DNA of 44,073 bases, from the NCBI RefSeq assembly GCF_001194135.2, contig NC_068982.1, positions 84,384,827-84,428,899 of the forward strand, written 5' to 3'. Below, piece by piece: positions 36,882 to 44,073 of this stretch. The translations under genes were made by a program, and so were the position numbers. Each line of letters starts with the position of its first letter. Position 1 is the first letter of the stretch. Source of the DNA: Octopus bimaculoides. Lineage: Eukaryota. The notes beneath the pieces are model-generated. The model was given only the letters and a program-made list of their open reading frames with translations. It was not told the origin of the DNA and made no database searches.

Positions 36882-38242
36882 CTTTAACACAAAGGATTGA
36901 CCTTATGAATAAATACTAATACTTTCAAAGTATAAGTTACAAAGAATGCATAACTAAGCAGGTTATTTGGTTATGTTTTCTCTTATGCCACTAATGTAAA
37001 GCATGAAAACCACAATTCCCCTTCTCATTTGTTGCTAAGTCATTATAGCCAATCATGTATTAGTGCATATTGTTAACATCATCAAAAAGAAAATGTAGAC
37101 ATTTGATGACAGGCAAGAGTACAGTCACATACTCATTCTGTTTTTGTAAAAAAGAAAATATTTAGCATTTGTTCTTTCTTGTCAACTGTTCTCAGAAAAA
37201 AAGATTTTGTCAATTTAAATTCTAAATGAAATAACCAGTGGGGATTATCATTTTATGGTCATTTTACATGAAAGCTAATTATTTTACAAAATAATTTGCT
37301 CTAAGAAGTCCATAATCTCTACTGTTTCTTTTTAACAAAAATACTTTGAGAAATTTCCTATTGAGTTGAACTGAAATCAACAAGCTATTGTTTAAACACA
37401 AATAAAATAAGAAATGTGCTTTAAGTTTTCATGTGTTGAAATACATTCAAAATGATAAAGTATTAAACCATAGACATAGTTTAGCATGCTAGCATTTACA
37501 ATAAATTCCTCATTCAACACATACTTTAACTTAAATACTGACTAACAATACACATGGGTTAATATTTAGGTTATTTGATTAAATAATGTAAGTTTAAACA
37601 TTTTACATCTTTTCCTATATTGTTATCTATTACAGATAACCACTGATGTGGTTGGATTCAGAGTCATGAAATAGGAGTTGAAAGTATTTATTGGATTGGA
37701 GTTGGTGTCTGAAAAATGTACTGACTTCAGCTAAATGTAAATTGTAATATAATGAGTAAAAATTTTCTTTTTCACAAATATCAATTTAACTGTTTTCTGC
37801 ACTGAAAGTAAGCAAATCTGATTTAAGAGAATGAAGTTCTGGCAGAAACAAACAAAATATTAGTACATTTTAGACTTGAACTTTTGGTTTAATCCTTACT
37901 CTACAGATACAGTGTTTCTTTAATAAATTTTGTAGGGATATACTTTTCATTCAATACAGTACTTTATGTTACATTTACTTAAATTCTATATTCAAACAAT
38001 TCTTTTATAGCCTGTAAGCCTAAACTTTAGGATCTTAAATAGTAACCTCATGAGTTACATTCTCATGTATGTTGTGTACTTTCAATCAATAAAAAAATAT
38101 TTAATTATTCTAATTATAAATAGAGGAGTTGGAATCAGAATTGATGCATTGGAGTTGTAGGTTTTGTGTACAACTCCACACACTTAGCTAACTAAGCTAC
38201 AGCAAAAGCAACCTTTTATGGAAAGCTTGTATTTTCTTTTAA

Positions 38243-40579
38243 TACAGGAGTTGTCCTAAAAATGATGCAAAAGTGAGCATAACTTTTTTTATAAACTGAC
38301 AATAATATTTCAAATTGCACATGTTGGTAGAGTAATTCATCCTCTATTGAAAGGTACTTCTCAACATAGTCTCCATTGCAAGTGATGCATTTGTGACATC
38401 ACTGAACTCAACTGCCAAAACTTCTTTGAAGTATTAGGTTGTCAAGAAAGTTCTTGCCATTTTTAACCTTTAAATTCAGATGCACATATCTCGGCTCAAA
38501 CAAAACTTTATTAATTGAAATAAACACCATCAGAATTAACACACTTTTGCCAACGCAAAACAAGTTTATTTATGTCAGTAGTGTAAAAGTCCTGCGTTCT
38601 GGTGGCAATGAAGTCATTGAAGGCGTGTTTGGCACCATCTTGGTTTTTGAAGCATTTCTCACGCAGGAAGTTGTCGAGATGCTTGAAAAAGTGGTAGTCA
38701 GTAGGTGAGAGGTTTGGTGAGTATAGTGGATGAGGCAGAGTACTGTAGCCCAATTCAATCAACTTCTGCAGGGTCAGTTGTGCGACATGCAGCCGAGCAT
38801 TGTTGTGGTCCTTTTCTATTGACCAATGCTGGCTGTTGTTGTCGGAGTTTCTTATGCATTTCATCCATTTGCTAACAGTACTTCTCCGCCATGATGGTTT
38901 CGCCTGGATCCAAAAAGCTGTGATGGATGAGACCAGCCGCAGACCACCAAACAGTCACCATGACCTTCTTTTGGTGCAACTTTGGCTTTGGGAAGTGCCG
39001 TGGAGCTTCGTCAGTGTTCAACCACTGAGCCAAGCGTTGCCGGTTGTCGTAAAGAATCCACTTTTCATCGCAAGTCACAATCCAGTCGAGAAACGAGTTG
39101 TTCTTGTTGTGTAAAAGAAGGGAAGACGACACTTCAAAATGGCGTTTTTTTTTTGGTTGTCATTCAATTCGTGCAGCACCCCTTTCTCAAGTATTTTCGT
39201 TTTACCAATTTCTTTCAAGTGATTGGAAATTGTTGTATACATTACGTCTAATTCAGAAGCAAGCTCTCGAACAGTTGTACATGGATTAGCTTTGACTAAG
39301 GCTGTCAACATCTGATGGCCAACCACTACGCTTATCATCTTCTAGACTCTCGTCACCACTACGAAATTTCTTGAATCACCATAATACTGCATGTTCATTA
39401 GTGGTTTCTGGGGCAAACACATCGTTGATATCCTAAGGTGTTTCAGCAGCTTTTCGGCCTAGCTTGAACTGGAATAAGAAAATTGTGCGAATTTGCTTTT
39501 TGTCCATGTTGTATTCAACGTTCTGGAAAAAATGGCCTAATATTCAAAAACAAAAAGAGTAACACAATTAGATAGAGCGGAAAATGGGTTTTAAAATGAT
39601 ATATAAAGTCGAAGTAATTTATCGAAAATTAATTTGAAAATACATCATTTAAAACCAAAATTAAAAATTCCGCAAGAACTTTCTTGTCAACCTAATAATA
39701 CAGGTGAACACTGTTGTACTCATTTCTTCACAGCTGTTTTTACCTTGTTTGTGTCATCAAACCAAAGACCAGCCAAATTTGTCATGAAAGATATGTATGG
39801 TTATATGTATTATTATGATAAATGTGGATTGTTTTCAAATTCTTGTTTGGTCTTTTTTCCTAATGGCTTTTCAAAGCTTTCAAGTGTCTCAATGTACTAC
39901 TTGTTCACGATAGAGACACATTTCAGAAAATCAAGGGTAATGATGCCCTTATCATCCCTCAGAATAGACTACCTTGTCTTTTCCATGCTGATCACTGGCT
40001 CTTGAATGCCTTACACCTTGGAGAGGAGGTCTATTACCATTCCATGGACTGGCCCTTTATTTTTGGATCATTAAGATACACCTATGTTTCATTCCCAGTC
40101 AAAAATAAAAATGTATTTTCATTAACTTCAAATACTTCCAGTAGATCAGAGCACATTTCCATACTTCTCTACCAAATCAGGTGTCAACTGCCAAGGTATC
40201 CACTTTGCATGCACTTTCCAATGACCAAAGTCTTTCACCATCTGTAATGCATTGTGAAAAGAGCCCAGTTGTGCAGCAAGCTCACAGATTATGACAGCTG
40301 TTTGCCCAAATCAATTCATTCACTTGCTGCCAATTTATACCAGTGGTTCCCCACTGCATAATTCATCTTCAATAATAGTTTCCATGTCTTTAAACTTCAT
40401 CCATCTGTGTACATAGCTCTTGTCAATAGCATTATCTGTAACTTTCAGTGGATGTCAAAGTCAACACCCCTTCTACAATGAAAAAGAATGCAAAGAGTTA
40501 CTATAGCACAAGTGGAACCATCCATGCCAGTTAGTGAAGTTATGGTCACTTAGGTATTACTTTCAGGACAACCACTGTA
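38243..40579 (-). mobile_element. Older mariner (host), split by a nested mariner
   Basis: TA-bounded TIRs match 32/41. Motifs KWIPWQL, DDKGIITLDFL, KCITCNGDYVEK. Confidence 0.85.
38432..39697 (-). mobile_element. Full-length Hsmar1-like (cecropia-type) mariner with TA TSD
   Basis: TIR TTAGGTTG(T/A)CAAGAAAGTTCTTGC; ATG at 39507 gives MDKKQIRTIFLFQFKLGRKAAET; VTCDEKW; YSPNLSPTDY; frameshifts and stops. Confidence 0.95.
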
Positions 40580-40763
40580 CATCAGGTAGTGATGTTAAAA
40601 AATTTAAAGTAAAAGAAGGGTTTATATGAAACTGCTACTGCTTAATATCAAAATTGAAAAATGGAAATTATTGCTTAAGAAAATGGTTCTAATTTTTGAT
40701 ATTTAAAAACATACAAAAACTGATATATTTTTTACTCATTTATCCCTTGATACTCCTCTCTGC

Positions 40764-41225
40764 TCATCATCATCATCATTGTTTAACGTCCACTGTCCAT
40801 GCTGGCAGAGGTTGGACGATTTGACTGAGGACTGGCAAACCAGATGACTGCATGAGACTCTAATCTGATCTGGCAGAGTTTCTACAGCTGGATGCCCTTC
40901 CTAACACCAACCACTTCAAGAGTGTAGTGGATGCTTTTACGTGCCAGTCAGGCGGTACTGGCAATCGCCACGCTCAAATGGTGTTTTTAATGTGCCACCT
41001 GCACAGGAGCCAGTCCAGTGACACTGGCAATGACCTCACTCAAATGTTTTTTCATGTGCCAGTAAGGCGACGCTGGTAATGATCACGCTCGAATGATACT
41101 TTTTACGTGCCACTGGCACGGAAGCCAGTCAGCTGCTCTGGCAACAACCTCACTCAGATGGTGCTCTTAGCACACCACTAGCACAGATGCCAGTCATGTG
41201 GTGTTGTCATCGAATTTGATTTCGA
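40764..41225 (-). mobile_element. RTE 3' UTR fragment
   Basis: Reverse complement matches 30890-31351. Confidence 0.88.
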
Positions 41226-41226
41226 T

Positions 41227-41620
41227 CAGGAGTGGCTGTGTGGTAAGTAGCTTGCTTACCAACCACATGGTTCTGGGTTCAGTCCCACTGCGTGGCACCT
41301 TGGGCAAGTATCTTCTACTATAGCCTCAGGCTGACCAAAGCCTTGTGAGTGGATTTGGTAGATGGAAACTGAAAGAAGCCCATCGTATATACGTATATGT
41401 ATATATATATATATNNNNNNNNNNNNNNNNNNNNNNNNNNNNNNNNNNNAACCGATGCTGGTGTGTTTACATACCCGTAACTTAGCAGTTCAGCAAAAGA
41501 AACCGATAGAATAAGTACTAGACTTAAAAAGACTAAGTCCGGGGGTCGATTTGCTTGACTAAAGGCGGTGCTCCAGCATGGCCACAGTCAAATGACTGAA
41601 ACAAGTATAAAAGAGTAAAA
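41227..41620 (+). mobile_element. tRNA-derived SINE spanning a gap
   Basis: Matches 8920-9300. Confidence 0.88.
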
Positions 41621-41746
41621 GTTTCAATGCACTTTTACAACCTTACTATTGACTTGCTAAATAAGTATGATTCTCAAATCTTATTAAATTGGACAATATG
41701 CATTCCAAACTGCTTAATTAAATGTAAATAGATACTAATAACTTAC

Positions 41747-41858
41747 TTTATGACCATCTAAATGGCTGATATCCATTTCAAATCCTATTAAAGCATCTGT
41801 TAAACTTATTGTTACATTGGTATAAAGATCATCACCTCGTCTTTCAAATACAGGATGT
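41747..41858 (-). CDS. DNAJB11: DNAJB11 internal exon (112 bp)
   Basis: TTCAG|A+[37 protein letters not shown]|GTAAGT. Upstream exons were not found and are probably outside the window. Confidence 0.95.
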
Positions 41859-42084
41859 CTGAAACAATTAATGTTGGTTAATGAGATAAATTGTATAATG
41901 CAACTGTATAAACAAAAAGTATTAAAATGGATGTACAAATTTAGATATATATATACTTATCTGACTTAGTTGTTTGACTGCAATTATACTGACTTCAATT
42001 GTTTTAGTTGATTATATGAAACCTCATGTCATCTGAGGAATAGGGATGAGGATAGCTATATAAAAAAAGTGCTGAGGGTTAAAT

Positions 42085-42220
42085 ATGGTTTGAACCTGTG
42101 GAAGAGGGAACCCAGGAAGATGTGGGATAAGATAGTGAAGGCCAATTTCAGGATGTTGAAACTCAATGAGGAGACAATAAAGGACTAATGACTGGCAATT
42201 CATTATGCTTGGGAAGACTT
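42085..42220 (+). mobile_element. Diverged RTE ORF2 C-terminal fragment
   Basis: ACCTGTGGAAGAGGGAACCCAGGAAGATGTGGGAT resembles the RGRPRKTWD region. Confidence 0.5.
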
Positions 42221-42419
42221 AATTGTCACAACAAAAGCCTTATGTTTATGTCTATATGAATACTAAACCTGCACCCACTCTAAAAGCCTTATATTTATGT
42301 CTATATGCATGACACTAGGCCCTCCACCCAATCTGCCTCTGTCAAGACTTCTCCACATCTCATATTTCTATTACCCATCCATCTATCATTCTCTAACTAT
42401 GGCACTATGAAGCTGCTGT

Positions 42420-42960
42420 AATTTTATGAGAGCAATCCCATTCTTTACACTCTCTCATATCTACTATCAACTGCCCCACACCATTGTTTGTCACTCATAT
42501 TTACCTCTGATCTCCATCTCTGTCACTGTACTTCTCTCATTCTCTCCTAATACTCTTCCTTTATCTACCAACCTCCACATATCTCCTTACTTCTCATCTA
42601 TCTACAGTTTTATTGTTCTGCTCTCTCCACCTTTTCTGTACTCCCACTTACCACCTTCTCCAACCTGTGTCACTTCTATTTTATATCTTTTTTCCCCAAA
42701 AAACCTATCTTTACCATTGGCCATGCCACTACACATTCACCATTCTCTACTTTCACCTCTACCCCTATCACTAACAATCTAACACTTATCTCTCACACTC
42801 TTTGCACACTTGTCCACCCAGCTTTCTATACCATCACCATTATCTTGTCTCTCTATCTCACCCATTTATAATGTAGAATAGCCATAAATCTCCTCTACAG
42901 CAAGACACCTGTTTCTGTCCTACATCCTCTTTCATACAATAGCCTTTCAAAGCTGGTCAC
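42420..42960 (+). repeat. Pyrimidine-rich interspersed repeat related to 26140-26540
   Basis: Shared CTACAGCAAGACACCTGTTTCTGT motif and similar composition. Confidence 0.45.
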
Positions 42961-43059
42961 AAAACTACCCAACTCTCAACTATACTCTCACTCAGTTGTG
43001 AGGACTTTTTCATCTAGAGAGTTATTTGACAACACCTGTGTAGGTGCCATAAAAAAAAA

Positions 43060-43521
43060 AGCATGAACTGATTTTGGACCATCATCGAACAATTGACGAA
43101 CTTGTTGATATGACTGGTGTGTCCTGGAGTTCCTACCAACAAATTTTGAGCAAGAAATTGCGAATGAAAAGAGTTGCGGCAAAATTTGTGCCTTGCTTGC
43201 TCATGGAAGATCAAAAGCAGTCATGAGCTGAAAGAACAGCTGGAAGTTGATCTGGGCATTTTTTGATGGTCATCACTGGTGACAAAAGCTGATGCTATGG
43301 AATTTGCAGGTGTTGAAGAGGTGAAGAAAAAAACAACAGAGGCATTAAAAGGCATCACTTCACAAGAGTTCCAGCACTGCTTTGACTAGTGGAAAATGTG
43401 CCTGGACTGATGCATTACTTCGGATGGAGAATACTTTGAAGGTGATAAAAGTGTAAACATGTAAAACTAAGTGAATAAAATAATATTGCAAAATTTCAGT
43501 TTTTTGGGGTACCCCCTCACA
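43060..43521 (+). mobile_element. Internally deleted mariner
   Basis: LRMKRVAAKFVP, VITGD, FAGVEEVKKKTTEALKGI, CITSDGEYFEGD; terminal TTTTGGGGTACCCCCTC. Confidence 0.8.
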
Positions 43522-43896
43522 CAAGCCTGGCCTGTTGTATAAAGTGAAATTTCACAGAGTTTACTTCAAAATGTGTTATTGTTAACTAATTAAGTACTAG
43601 TGATACTTAATTATATAACAAAAAAAAATTAACAAAAAATATTACTACATAATATTAGGAAGATTATGATAATTAAAAAGACAACTTAGCATCCTGTGCA
43701 ATGGTTTCTAGGTATAAAATTACTGTAGAAGATAAATATCTCTTTGAAACCATAAAACTAGACTGTATTTGACTTATATCTGTTCTGGGTTCAAATGTTA
43801 AACAATGGCATATATGAATTCAGCTAAACACAGATTCCCTTCACAGCTTTCTCTTTCACAGTACAAAAGAAAATATGGAGTCTAACATATTTACAC

Positions 43897-44073
43897 AAGA
43901 GTGGCAGCGTGGTAAGTAGCTTGCTTATCAACCACATGATTCTGGGTTCAGTCCCACTGCATGGCACCTTGGACAAGTATCTTCTACTATAGCCTCGGGC
44001 TGACCAAAGCCTTGTGAGTGGATTTGGTAGACGGAAACTGAAAGAAGCCCGTTGTATATATGTGTGTATATAT
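43897..44073 (+). mobile_element. tRNA-derived SINE head (runs off the window)
   Basis: Matches 8920-9085. Confidence 0.88.

Noticed and set aside
41859-44073. Upstream DNAJB11 exon (GEPGDL region)
   Set aside because: No matching sequence found by eye; probably beyond the window.

Overview
AT-rich animal DNA, very likely a coleoid cephalopod (Octopus-type tRNA-derived SINEs, RTE LINEs and microsatellites; species is inferred, not determined). The only host gene I can support is the 3' end of a minus-strand DNAJB11/ERdj3 orthologue: three GT-AG exons at 41747-41858, 36722-36881 and 33291-33355, ending ...VYNGLQGY*. The rest is mostly decayed transposable elements: several RTE LINE copies or fragments, Penelope-like elements (PLEs), five mariners (one nested inside another), a deleted Ty3/gypsy element, two TTAA MITEs, a probable Helitron 3' end and many SINEs. 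Most ORF-track entries are TE remnants or microsatellite artefacts. The best leads are a compact type I hammerhead-ribozyme variant (622-658, minus strand), a C4HC3 PHD-like finger inside RTE ORF2, an in-frame splice-acceptor-like motif ahead of the RTE endonuclease, a 46-bp templated insertion inside one LINE, and a PLE with a perfect 63-bp inverted repeat. All alignments and counts were done by eye.
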